From positions 1,025 through 65,024 of the forward strand of contig CAMUPZ010000001.1 in NCBI GenBank assembly GCA_947095985.1: a stretch of DNA of 64,000 nucleotides. The letters are read 5' to 3'. The stretch comes from an uncultured Candidatus Saccharibacteria bacterium. Lineage in GTDB: Bacteria; Patescibacteriota; Saccharimonadia; Saccharimonadales; Saccharimonadaceae. The translations under genes and the position numbers were made by a program. The notes beneath the pieces are model-generated. The model saw nothing but the letters and a program-made list of their open reading frames with translations. It did no database searches and had not been told where the DNA came from. Below, piece after piece: positions 1-9,033 of the stretch (within the stretch, counting starts at the first letter, position 1; every line of letters starts with the position of its first letter).

Positions 1-471
1 GTCGCACAATGTGCATTTTACGTAATAATAAATACACGACTAACATAGGTATACATGTGTCCATTGATGTATCCACACTCTATAAATATTACAATTATTT
101 ACCCAAAATAGTCAGGGGACTTCACTATCCATTCAACATAGACCATGCTACACAACAAGCTAAATAAAACTCACCGATAAACACGAACTTAAAATATTCA
201 TTTACCTAAAAGCACCCGCCACAAATGCCACATTGATATTTTTACATCACTGTATCATCCAATAAATATCACATACGGTTTGCTTACAAGTTTTCCACAC
301 ATATGATTTTACTTATTTGACATTTTCCTATTTTTATTTCCCCGCTCCCCTAACTTGCCGTGTCTCAATTATTTGACTTTTGCCTATTTTGATATTATTA
401 TATATAATTTTTAGATAGCCAAAATAGAACAAAAAGAGAACTTACTCTATCCAAAAGAGAAGTTAACTACT

Positions 472-1386
472 TTATTTATAGAAAGACCGCTGGTCTACCC
501 TAACATCTATATAGCCTGACGATTGACCATTCTTATCTAAATATCCCAGCGTTACTATTGCCTGCATTACCTGAGAGCGGGAAGATCTATCAACAGTCAT
601 TCTTATCTGAGACTCCCTGCCCTCAACCTTAAACCAGACTTGGCGTACGGTATTGGCTGGTAAAATAGCTTCCGATACCTTCAGCTTATGCTGCGAAAAT
701 TCAGACACAGCTTGCCCTAGAAAACTTAAAAATTGCCGATTTATGACCTCTTGTCCACCCCGAGTAGGTAATCCACTTTCGTCGCGAACCGCAACTGTAG
801 GCGGGTTAAAATAATTCTGCTCAAACGTAACACCACTATCATCAACAAAATAAACTTTATTTCCAGAAGACCACTGAGCTACTGGCTGACGAAAAGTTAA
901 CTTAGCGGCTGAACGCGCCAAGAAGTCGCCCTCTATACGAATAGTTTTTACTTCAGGAGCTTTCTGTAAGAAAAACTGCCTCAAATCATTATTGTTCAGA
1001 AAAAACCTAAACCGCTCAGCTGGATGGGCATTATAATATTCGTTAAGAACGCTGGCGTATTTACTAGAGTTACTAGAGCTTTTAGCGTCAGGAGTCTGGA
1101 CAGATACACTAATTGTCAGCTGAAACAATAAAAATACCACGACAGCCAGACACACTGCAGTTATAAATAACTTCTGCATCATATGACGACGTTTTTTTAC
1201 TAGATTATGCGCCTCAAGCCGTTCAGAGGCCTCTAGCGGTGAAATCGTCTGGCGACTATTAAGAGTTCTGTTTCGGCGGTATGACTGTGTTGGTAGATTA
1301 TCGTAATTCTCAGCCTGCCGACGAGCAGCAATCTCTCGACGGCTTAAATTTTTATCAGATTTCTTTCGAGAAAAAGATAATTTCAC
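472..1386 (-). CDS. ftsQ: FtsQ/DivIB-like cell division protein
   Basis: Basic N-terminal region, single TM helix, POTRA-like segment, C-terminal YIDVR motif; last gene of the dcw cluster after murG. Confidence 0.7.
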   Translation of the reverse strand: MKLSFSRKKSDKNLSRREIAARRQAENYDNLPTQSYRRNRTLNSRQTISPLEASERLEAHNLVKKRRHMMQKLFITAVCLAVVVFLLFQLTISVSVQTPDAKSSSNSSKYASVLNEYYNAHPAERFRFFLNNNDLRQFFLQKAPEVKTIRIEGDFLARSAAKLTFRQPVAQWSSGNKVYFVDDSGVTFEQNYFNPPTVAVRDESGLPTRGGQEVINRQFLSFLGQAVSEFSQHKLKVSEAILPANTVRQVWFKVEGRESQIRMTVDRSSRSQVMQAIVTLGYLDKNGQSSGYIDVRVDQRSFYK

Positions 1387-2552
1387 CTTCGCCTACCCTG
1401 TCTTCGTATAGTAGTCAGAATAATCTTCACCATATCTTTGGCCGCATCAGGCTTAGCAAACTTGCCAAAATTATCACCTAAGCCTTTAAGAATTTTCTGC
1501 GACTTCAATACGCCGATAATCTTCCGTGCCAAAATTTGATTATCCTTATCTAGCTCGTCCTCTGAGACTATCAAGGCAGCCAACGCATCCTGATACACCT
1601 TAGCGTTCTTTAACTGATGACCACCCGTCAGACGGCCATTAGGAATGATGATAGTAGGTTTATGAAGCGCAGCCAGCTCCAGAAGAGTAGTCGCTCCTGC
1701 CCTAGTTACAACTATATCTGCTGCTGCCAAAACTTCAGCCATACCATTATGAACAAAGGCTTGAAGACGCCATCCACTGCGCCTATCAGCCTGCTTAAGT
1801 ATTTCTTCGTACTGCAGGTTTCCAGATATTAAAAACACCGAAGCCTCAGCTAAGAGATCTTCCCTGATTGCTAAAATTGCAGAATTAATACGCCTAGCAC
1901 CCAGCCCACCACCAGTAACAACGACTAGCGGCCTGCTAATATCAAATCCTAATTTCGCTTTCAATTTTTGCCGCTCAGCCTCAGAATAAGGACGAAACTC
2001 TGGCGCTACTGGTATGCCAACATACGATGCTTTTTCAGGAGGATAATTGTAATATTCGAGGGGCGCACCAGTACCAATAGCTTTTGCAAATGGACTAAGT
2101 AAGCGATTAGTCAACCCCGGATGAGCATCAGAATCATGCAGGACTAACGGGATTCGCAACAGCCTCGCGGCATACCCTACAGGCAAACAAACGTAACCAC
2201 CTTTTATGAAAATAACATCCGGCCGCCAGGCTATTAGCTTAAACAAGCTCTGAAAAAATCCAACCATCACCTTAAAACCGTCGCGCAAATTTGGGAATAA
2301 AATTGACGGATGTAGATGAAATGAGATGCTTTTTCCGTGATATCGACGCAATTTTCCAGCAATAATCAAATCGACTGGGATACTTTCATCGAACTTAGCA
2401 AAAATCCCACGTGCGCTGGCGCCAAATTTTTTATCACACCAAAAACGAAGCTCGTGATCACCAGTTTTCTGTAATTCTCTAAATACGGCTACCACTGGCG
2501 TAACGTGTCCGCCTGAGCCGCCGCCGACCGCTAAGATCTTGGCCACTTTCAC
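1383..2552 (-). CDS. murG: UDP-GlcNAc:lipid I N-acetylglucosaminyltransferase
   Basis: GGGSGGH, KGGYV, GGGLGA, RAGATT and HQLKNA motifs; GGAGG SD suggests a GTG start at 2552 or 2546. Confidence 0.95.
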   Translation of the reverse strand: MKVAKILAVGGGSGGHVTPVVAVFRELQKTGDHELRFWCDKKFGASARGIFAKFDESIPVDLIIAGKLRRYHGKSISFHLHPSILFPNLRDGFKVMVGFFQSLFKLIAWRPDVIFIKGGYVCLPVGYAARLLRIPLVLHDSDAHPGLTNRLLSPFAKAIGTGAPLEYYNYPPEKASYVGIPVAPEFRPYSEAERQKLKAKLGFDISRPLVVVTGGGLGARRINSAILAIREDLLAEASVFLISGNLQYEEILKQADRRSGWRLQAFVHNGMAEVLAAADIVVTRAGATTLLELAALHKPTIIIPNGRLTGGHQLKNAKVYQDALAALIVSEDELDKDNQILARKIIGVLKSQKILKGLGDNFGKFAKPDAAKDMVKIILTTIRRQGRRR

Positions 2553-3771
2553 CCTCCTCTAATGCTTTATGTGACGTATATTTGGAAATTTGGAAAACTA
2601 AACCCAGTGCTGCCGCGATAAACAACATACTTGTACCGCCATAACTTAATAATGGCAATGGAATTCCTGTAAGCGGCGCCAACCCCGTCATTGCGGCAAT
2701 ATTTAATATTACATGCGACGCGATCCAGCCAAAAATTCCCGCCACAATTAACCGCAACGTCACATTCGGAAGTCTCGCGGCTACGTGCAAAATTGATAGT
2801 AGCAACGCTGTAAATAGCGCCAATATAGCTATTAGTCCAACAAATCCAAACGTTTCTCCCATGACAGCAAAAATAGAGTCATTAGTCGCCTCTGGGAGAT
2901 ATCCTGTCGCCTGAACGCTTTTTCCAATTCCAAGCCCCAGAAGCCCGCCAGAACCAATCGCAATCCTGGCCTGCTGGATGTGATAATTCTTGTTCTCCTG
3001 ACTACTCGTCCCTTTATGGCTATCGCCTTGCACGAAAGTCATCACGCGCTCAATTCGGTGTGGCGACGTAAAAATCATCACCAAACCACAAAGCGCAACA
3101 ATCGCCAGAATCTTCTTGAAAATCTTCCAATCAATTCCAGCCACTAAAATCATTGATAAGATAATCGCTATCAACGAAATTCCCGTTCCCAAGTCTTTTT
3201 GTAAAAATACAATCATCAGCAGCGATAATCCGGAAATAATGCCCAGCGGAATGATAGTTTCTTGGATATCGTTCAATTTTCCCTGTTGCGAGCGACGCCC
3301 TAAAAATCCCGCCAAAAACAATAGCACGCCATATTTAAGTAACTCTGCCGGCTGAAAGCTACCTAATCCTCCCAGATAAAACCATCGATACGCGCCGTTG
3401 GTTTCTTGCGCAAACGACAAATGAAGTACCGCGCCCGAGAGAAATAGTAAAATACATAGCGCAAATCCAGCGTAAAGAATGTATTTTGATCTCTCACCAG
3501 TAAACCATTTGTACGGCGTAAAATAAAACGCAGAAAAAGCCACGACAGCAATAAGCACACTCGTCAGCTGCTTGCCAAAGAAATACGTATCACTATAATT
3601 CGTGCCATAAGCATAATTCATCACGTTAGCGCGCTGCGGTCCCAACGCATACATAACAATCAGCCCAAGTAGTAGCAAAAGCCCCATATAAAGCACAATT
3701 TGATACATCGGTCGGTGACTTCGAACCGGCTGAGCGATAGATTGACGATTTTTGGCGACCGAATTACGCAA
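2479..3771 (-). CDS. ftsW: SEDS peptidoglycan polymerase FtsW
   Basis: Multi-TM; RW, FQPAELLK, DLGT, YLPEATNDSIF and LPLLSYGGTS motifs; dcw context. Confidence 0.93.
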   Translation of the reverse strand: MRNSVAKNRQSIAQPVRSHRPMYQIVLYMGLLLLLGLIVMYALGPQRANVMNYAYGTNYSDTYFFGKQLTSVLIAVVAFSAFYFTPYKWFTGERSKYILYAGFALCILLFLSGAVLHLSFAQETNGAYRWFYLGGLGSFQPAELLKYGVLLFLAGFLGRRSQQGKLNDIQETIIPLGIISGLSLLMIVFLQKDLGTGISLIAIILSMILVAGIDWKIFKKILAIVALCGLVMIFTSPHRIERVMTFVQGDSHKGTSSQENKNYHIQQARIAIGSGGLLGLGIGKSVQATGYLPEATNDSIFAVMGETFGFVGLIAILALFTALLLSILHVAARLPNVTLRLIVAGIFGWIASHVILNIAAMTGLAPLTGIPLPLLSYGGTSMLFIAAALGLVFQISKYTSHKALEEGESGQDLSGRRRLRRTRYASGSRI

Positions 3772-4801
3772 TATGACCTCCAGCGAGCGCCAGCATCACA
3801 CCAATAAACGCCATCACGCAGCCAATAACCCAGAAGCGCATCGTCACTTTAGTTTCTGGCCAACCAATCGCCTCCAAGTGATGATGAATCGGCGCAGATA
3901 AGAAAATCTTTCTCTTAAACAGCTTCTTACTGACGATTTGAGCCAAGCTTGATCCCGCCTCAATTACAAATAGCAGACCAATCACAGGAAGCAAAAGCAA
4001 AGAGTCGGTCAGCATTGCTACAACACCTAAGCTGGCGCCATAAGCAAAACTTCCAACGTCACCCATGAAGAATCGAGCTGGATAAATATTGAACCATAAA
4101 TAGCTCAAGAGTACTCCGACAACCGTAAAGCAAAATCCCGCCAACAGAACATGTTGCTGTAATAAAGCAATCACACCAAACGCACCAAAACTAGCACTTA
4201 GCAATCCGCCAGCCAGACCATCCATTCCGTCAGAGATATTAACGGCGTTACCGGTAGCCACCACTGCAAACGCAAATAGCGGAACAATCATCCACCCAAT
4301 ATTCATATCCCCCATGAACGGAACATGGAAGCTTGTCACGCCCAGTTTGGCAAAGAAAAACCAACCAAGAACTACGCCAATAAACGTAATCAGCACAAAC
4401 TTCACTGGACTACGAAGTCCAGCCGCGCCGCCACCCAAACCACGTAGATTGATGATATCGTCAATTAGCCCAACAACTCCACCGCCAACCAACGCCGCCA
4501 GAGGAAGCCAAGTCTGTGCTCGGTCTAAATTGAAAAATATTGTCACCACGAAAATTGATATTACACCAATTATCCCTGCCATGGTTGGAATATTTCGCCG
4601 CAATTTTGCCGCTTGGAATTTGGCAAAAACCTTTAGCTTTTTCCCATCAGTACTTTCCGACCTTTGGCGCTTCCAAAAGCGATATCGATAAGCGAAAAAC
4701 GTATAAATTGGCGTTAAAAACATCGCTAGTAAAAACGCGCCGACGCTCAGTAAAAACACGTGCGTCAATTCATTGGTCATTGTTTGTAAAGCTATTCCCA
4801 T
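3764..4801 (-). CDS. mraY: Phospho-N-acetylmuramoyl-pentapeptide transferase
   Basis: PTMAG, GLIDD, NAVNISDGMDGL, FMGDVGS and APIHHHLE motifs. Confidence 0.97.
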   Translation of the reverse strand: MGIALQTMTNELTHVFLLSVGAFLLAMFLTPIYTFFAYRYRFWKRQRSESTDGKKLKVFAKFQAAKLRRNIPTMAGIIGVISIFVVTIFFNLDRAQTWLPLAALVGGGVVGLIDDIINLRGLGGGAAGLRSPVKFVLITFIGVVLGWFFFAKLGVTSFHVPFMGDMNIGWMIVPLFAFAVVATGNAVNISDGMDGLAGGLLSASFGAFGVIALLQQHVLLAGFCFTVVGVLLSYLWFNIYPARFFMGDVGSFAYGASLGVVAMLTDSLLLLPVIGLLFVIEAGSSLAQIVSKKLFKRKIFLSAPIHHHLEAIGWPETKVTMRFWVIGCVMAFIGVMLALAGGHIA

Positions 4802-4803
4802 AT

Positions 4804-6552
4804 TTATTCCTTTGGTGCTATTTTCATATAATCAATCATCCAGTTGGATATATCTGTAAAAATTGGTCCAGCGTGAAGATTTCCTTGCAAATTAATCCCC
4901 TTGCCTGGAGCCGCTACACGTACCATTATGACATATTCGGCACCGTTTTTTCCACCGCCATAACCAATATATGCAGCAATCGTTTCCTTCTGCGTATAAG
5001 CGCCATTGACCACCGTTTCAGAAGTACTAGTTTTTCCGCCGATTTCATAACCAGACTTGTCGCTCTTTGACAAGAATGAAGATCGGCGCGCCGTCGTTAG
5101 CATCGTTCGCATCTGCGATGACGTGCCGCCGCTTACGGTTTGGCGAATAACTTTATTTTCCGACGGTTTCAAATTGCCAGATTCGTCAATTGCACCAACG
5201 AGAACGGTTGGCTTATAGTATTGACCGCCATTAACTAGCGATGAAAATCCAGCTGCGACCTGAATCGTAGTCAAATTCATACTTTGCCCGTAAGTCATGG
5301 CCGAATAACGAACCTCATTTCCTTCAGCGCTATCTGGCGGATAAATATAACCCGAAACCTCACTCAGCTCAATTCCAGTTTTGGCGCCAAAGCCAAATTT
5401 ATCGTGATAATATTCATACAAAGTCTGACGAGCCGGCAAATTAATCTGTGAACCATTTCCTAATTTTCGAATCGCAGTAATCGTACCAACGTTAAGAGAA
5501 TTATTAAACGCTCCTTGAATCGTAGTAGTGCCGCTTAGACCCCTTAAAGCGTTACACATAGTCCGATCGGCAACCTTAATACAATCCGTGTTATTATATG
5601 TACTAGACGGAGCAACAGCCCCTTTATCTATAGCCGTAGCAAAGCTAAAAGATTTGATAATTGACCCCGGCTCAAATGGCACCATTGAAGCACTATTCAT
5701 AAACACCGCCGCATTCTTTTGCTTATTAAACTCCGCTGGATTATATGTCGGGTAGTTTGCCAATGCTAATATTTGACCATTTTTGGGATTCATAATAACC
5801 GCACTTCCTTCAGTAGCATTTGCCGCCTCAATCCCCTTTTTAAGCGCCGACTCCGCCTGACTTTGAATATTTCGATCAACCGTCAACGCTAAATTATCGC
5901 CAGACTTTGCCTCAATTCGCATATTATTTTTTCCAACAGTGAGCGGCACATTTCTTACGTCAGTCACAGACTGCAATAGACCATCTTGCCCCTTCAATCG
6001 GTTGTTAAGCGAGCCTTCCACGCCATATTGACCTTCGCCCGCTACATTCACGAAACCTAAAACATGCGCGCCTAGCCCACCCTCAGGATAGCTCCTGACG
6101 GAACCCTGCTGATATAGCACCCCAGCAAAATTTTTCTCTTTTAATTTTTCTGCCTGAGTTCTGGTAATATTTTTTGCCAAAACTTCATATCGCGATTTTT
6201 TATTAGCCAAACGTTCAGCCGCCCCATCAGTCATCTCCCCGCCAGCAATCTCCCTCAGGCTCATAATAATCTGGTTCCGCTCTTTATTATCAACCGCCTG
6301 AGGATCCGCAATCACCGTGTAAGTCGCTTGGTTTAGAACTACTGGCACTGGCGTTTTCCCGTCCATCATATAAATTTTCCCACGCTCTGCAGGAATAACA
6401 AACTGACGCTGCTGACTAGCACGAGCCAGCTCTGTGTATTTACCATATTGCAGAATCTGCAATTGAAATAATCTCAACACAAAAGCCGCCATCGCTACGA
6501 GTAAAACGATGGCCAAATAACCAGTTCTTGAACGAATAATAAGCCGCTGCAT
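4804..6552 (-). CDS. ftsI: Class B penicillin-binding protein (FtsI/PBP3-like)
   Basis: N-terminal TM, RGKI and RSYP motifs, SxxK (SIIK), SxN (SLN); third motif reads KTS instead of KTG. Confidence 0.92.
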   Translation of the reverse strand: MQRLIIRSRTGYLAIVLLVAMAAFVLRLFQLQILQYGKYTELARASQQRQFVIPAERGKIYMMDGKTPVPVVLNQATYTVIADPQAVDNKERNQIIMSLREIAGGEMTDGAAERLANKKSRYEVLAKNITRTQAEKLKEKNFAGVLYQQGSVRSYPEGGLGAHVLGFVNVAGEGQYGVEGSLNNRLKGQDGLLQSVTDVRNVPLTVGKNNMRIEAKSGDNLALTVDRNIQSQAESALKKGIEAANATEGSAVIMNPKNGQILALANYPTYNPAEFNKQKNAAVFMNSASMVPFEPGSIIKSFSFATAIDKGAVAPSSTYNNTDCIKVADRTMCNALRGLSGTTTIQGAFNNSLNVGTITAIRKLGNGSQINLPARQTLYEYYHDKFGFGAKTGIELSEVSGYIYPPDSAEGNEVRYSAMTYGQSMNLTTIQVAAGFSSLVNGGQYYKPTVLVGAIDESGNLKPSENKVIRQTVSGGTSSQMRTMLTTARRSSFLSKSDKSGYEIGGKTSTSETVVNGAYTQKETIAAYIGYGGGKNGAEYVIMVRVAAPGKGINLQGNLHAGPIFTDISNWMIDYMKIAPKE

Positions 6553-6574
6553 ACTGCTTATTTTATTATATCAC

Positions 6575-6916
6575 TTATTGAGCATAACGCGTTTCGGTTG
6601 TAGTCATGGCTGAAGCAACATTGCTATTCTTCACCTTTTCTAACGCTGTCAAGCGCGCATTCTGGACTTCCAGTTCTGACTTTTTTGCGCTAAGTTCAGT
6701 AATCTTTGCGTCTAAATTTTGAGCTTCATAGCCATAAGCTGATAATCGTGTCGCCTGGGTTAGATAAATCAAGCCCAGTACTGTAATCATCAATGCCACT
6801 AGCACTGTATGAGCGACAGGACCAAGTTTGACCTGAGACTGAAAACGTGTCGAATTCTGATTGCGGCGCATTTGGCCATGTGAGCGTCGTGAAGTAAATG
6901 TGGTGGTGTTTGTCAT
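6575..6916 (-). CDS. ftsL: FtsL-like cell division protein
   Basis: Short protein with one TM and a coiled coil, between rsmH and ftsI. Confidence 0.75.
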   Translation of the reverse strand: MTNTTTFTSRRSHGQMRRNQNSTRFQSQVKLGPVAHTVLVALMITVLGLIYLTQATRLSAYGYEAQNLDAKITELSAKKSELEVQNARLTALEKVKNSNVASAMTTTETRYAQ

Positions 6917-6960
6917 TTGTCTCTATCTTTTTATTTTTATCTGGTTTATATTGACATAAT

Positions 6961-6993
6961 AAACCAGCCCGCCCGCTACAGACAGGCTGGTTT
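6961..6993 (-). terminator. Hairpin (terminator or attenuator) upstream of ftsL
   Basis: Minus-strand RNA AAACCAGCCUGUCUG-UAG-CGGGCGGGCUGGUUU forms a 15-bp stem including G-U pairs, followed by AUUAU. Confidence 0.65.
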
Positions 6994-7024
6994 TTCTAAG
7001 GTATATTCCGGAATACGCTTTAGT

Positions 7025-7096
7025 TTAGCCGCGGCGTACTGAAACAGTCTCTGCCTTGTCTGTATTCTGGAATTCTACTTTGATGTGGATTGGCAT
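7025..7096 (-). CDS. Unannotated 23-aa small protein MPIHIKVEFQNTDKAETVSVRRG
   Basis: AAGGAGG SD 4 nt before the ATG, 20 nt downstream of the rsmH stop; TAA at 7025-7027. Confidence 0.55.
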   Translation of the reverse strand: MPIHIKVEFQNTDKAETVSVRRG

Positions 7097-7116
7097 ATTG
7101 CCTCCTTCTTTTTGTT

Positions 7117-8037
7117 TTATTTTTTCACGGCGTAGCGAAATTTTGCACTTCGACTACGCGGATTGTGAACATCTTCAGTTCCAGACACTGGTTTTTTCTC
7201 TGGGACAATTAGCTCGGCTTCATATCCAGCCATCGCCTGCTCCGAAAAATAACGCTTAATCAATCGATCCTCCAAGCTATGAAAGCTAATTATTCCTACT
7301 CGCCCACCCTTATTAAGTAAACGTGGCAAAAGTGGTAATAATTCCTCAATCAGCCGAAGCTCGCGATTGACCTCAATGCGCAGTGCCTGAAAAGTACGAG
7401 TCGCAGGATGATGTTTCATGCTACCGCGACCAACGGTTTGCTTGATCAGATCAGCCAGTTCGGTCGTCCCCTGAATCGGTCTGGCGCTAACAATTGCCTG
7501 AGCAATCCGCCTGGCCCGCCCCAGGTTCTCCTCACCGTAACGAGTCATCAGCCGCGTCAGCTCATCAACCGAATACGAATTGACGATATCCGCTGCTGTC
7601 GTTTCCATCCGATTGTCCATCCGCATATCCAGCGGCCCATCAAACCGAAACGAAAAACCTCTCTCTGCTCTGTCAAGCTGCGGTGACGACACCCCCAAAT
7701 CAGCCAAAATCACGTCAAATGTACGTCCCTGCTTGACCAAATCCTGCGCCGCACTCACAAAATCCTTATGAATCAACGTCACGCCTTTTTCGGCCAAATC
7801 ACCCAATGTCTTAATCGCGTTTTCATCACGATCAACCAACACCGAGTCCAAGTAATTATCCGTTCTTTCTAAGAATGCCCTGGCATGGCCGCCATAGCCA
7901 GCCGTTAGATCGAGGTACGCCTCGCCCTTGGCTGGCTGCAGCTTGCTAAGGGTTATCTCTAAAAGTACGGGAACATGAATCGGTTCGCTCACTTGAAGCG
8001 CTTCCGACTGTGGTGGATGTTCTTTAATACTCATCAT
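7117..8037 (-). CDS. rsmH: 16S rRNA m4C1402 methyltransferase
   Basis: HVPVLL, DLTAGYGGHA, DLGVSSPQLD, FQALRIEVN, FHSLED and NPRSRSAK motifs; start moved to ATG 8037 behind TGCTACAAT. Confidence 0.97.
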   Translation of the reverse strand: MMSIKEHPPQSEALQVSEPIHVPVLLEITLSKLQPAKGEAYLDLTAGYGGHARAFLERTDNYLDSVLVDRDENAIKTLGDLAEKGVTLIHKDFVSAAQDLVKQGRTFDVILADLGVSSPQLDRAERGFSFRFDGPLDMRMDNRMETTAADIVNSYSVDELTRLMTRYGEENLGRARRIAQAIVSARPIQGTTELADLIKQTVGRGSMKHHPATRTFQALRIEVNRELRLIEELLPLLPRLLNKGGRVGIISFHSLEDRLIKRYFSEQAMAGYEAELIVPEKKPVSGTEDVHNPRSRSAKFRYAVKK

Positions 8038-8063
8038 TGCTTTATTGTAGCAGTCAGGTGCAA

Positions 8064-8418
8064 GATTTTCGAGATTTATTTCCGTACAGCGATTGCAGCC
8101 CAAGCGACCTTGAGTCGCCTGGCGCGTAAAGAGGAGTAAATCTCGACAAATCGCCGCGGCTGACACCACAACGTATAGCAATGCTCGAGATCACCTAACT
8201 GGATATTTAATTCTGGCTTTTTTGTATTTGTGTTCTGTTTGTTTTTGTTGTCTTAGAGTGGAAAGTTATTGATTGTCAGTAACAACCATGTTTTCCAAAG
8301 AGACTTATGTGTGAGGTGGAGTTTTTTGGGAGGTGTTTTAAGGAATGTGCGTTGCCGTTTTTAATGTGGAGCAAATTGCCACACGCCATTTTCAAATACC
8401 CAGATAGTTGATCTCGAG
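8064..8418 (-). ncRNA. Candidate structured RNA element (unknown family)
   Basis: 25-nt inverted repeat 8184-8208/8394-8418, second stem 8069-8078/8137-8146 with a nested hairpin 8100-8122, and a G-U-rich hairpin 8152-8173; several mismatches resolve as G-U only on the minus strand. Confidence 0.45.
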
Positions 8419-8451
8419 AGGTTTTAATTGTTAAGGTGCTTAGCTAATCTA

Positions 8452-8820
8452 CTATTCCGCATTTTCAGCCGCTATTAGCCGAAAATATTCCCCTGCTCGC
8501 ACAGCAACGACTTCTCTATCAATTCCAGCGTAGTCGAGCAAATGCTGCTCAATCGTCACTCGTCCTTGTTTTTGGTCGAGTGCTGATGCGGTTTTGCCAC
8601 GGCGAAACTTAACATTCAGGTCAGCCACGCGTTCATCTAGGATACTTCCAGTTAAAGCGCTCTCCACTTCCCGATCCCAAATTTGCTGTGGATATAAGTG
8701 AAGATATTTGCCAAACCCGCGAGTTAGTACGACGCCTGATGCAAACTCTGCTCTGAGTTCGGCTGGAATCGTCAAGCGCCGCTTGTCGTCCAACTTTCGC
8801 TCAAAGTAATCTGTCTGCAC
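8452..8820 (-). CDS. mraZ: Transcriptional regulator MraZ
   Basis: Two DxKxR-type SpoVT/AbrB repeats (LDDKRRLTIP, LDQKQGRVTI); first gene of dcw; GGAGG SD with GTG start. Confidence 0.92.
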   Translation of the reverse strand: MQTDYFERKLDDKRRLTIPAELRAEFASGVVLTRGFGKYLHLYPQQIWDREVESALTGSILDERVADLNVKFRRGKTASALDQKQGRVTIEQHLLDYAGIDREVVAVRAGEYFRLIAAENAE

Positions 8821-8902
8821 GTCGTCCTTCCTCCGTGGTAGATTAGTTGTTTTTTTATAGTGGATGTTTGTTTTTCGTTGGTGATTGCCATCAACTTTCG
8901 TT

Positions 8903-8943
8903 CCACTGACTCCACTATACTACCCACAACTACCCACTTGCAA
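8903..8943 (-). promoter_or_regulatory. mraZ promoter with MraZ-type GTGG(G) direct repeats
   Basis: Minus strand TTGCAA-N18-TATAGT overlapped by four GTGG repeats at 9-12-nt spacing (GTGGGTAG repeated at exactly 10 nt). Confidence 0.75.
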
Positions 8944-8985
8944 GCCCTTTTTATGACTTTTTACCCATTTTTGCGTCAACTAAAA

Positions 8986-9011
8986 ACTTTTCCACATTTT
9001 TGTGGAAAAGT
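8986..9011. promoter_or_regulatory. Perfect inverted repeat: terminator of the helicase operon and/or paired DnaA boxes
   Basis: ACTTTTCCACA-TTTT-TGTGGAAAAGT; each arm contains TTTTCCACA (fits TTWTNCACA); U-run follows on the minus strand. Confidence 0.6.
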
Positions 9012-9033
9012 CTAGTGTTGATACAAGTTGAAG

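Noticed and set aside
1..471. Replication origin
   Set aside because: Only two DnaA-box-like 9-mers, no dnaA/dnaN in view, and genes point toward rather than away from this end
2479..2552. 74-nt ftsW/murG overlap as a frameshift or fusion
   Set aside because: Both proteins have complete motifs and murG has its own SD; simple read-through tail of ftsW
8038..8181. 48-aa N-terminal extension of rsmH in the ORF track
   Set aside because: An extended -10 sits 6 nt before ATG 8037 and the extension overlaps the structured element; likely untranslated
8275..8388. 37-aa minus-strand ORF (MACGNLLH...) in the mraZ-rsmH gap
   Set aside because: No SD or adjacent -10; composition reflects the A/C-rich loop
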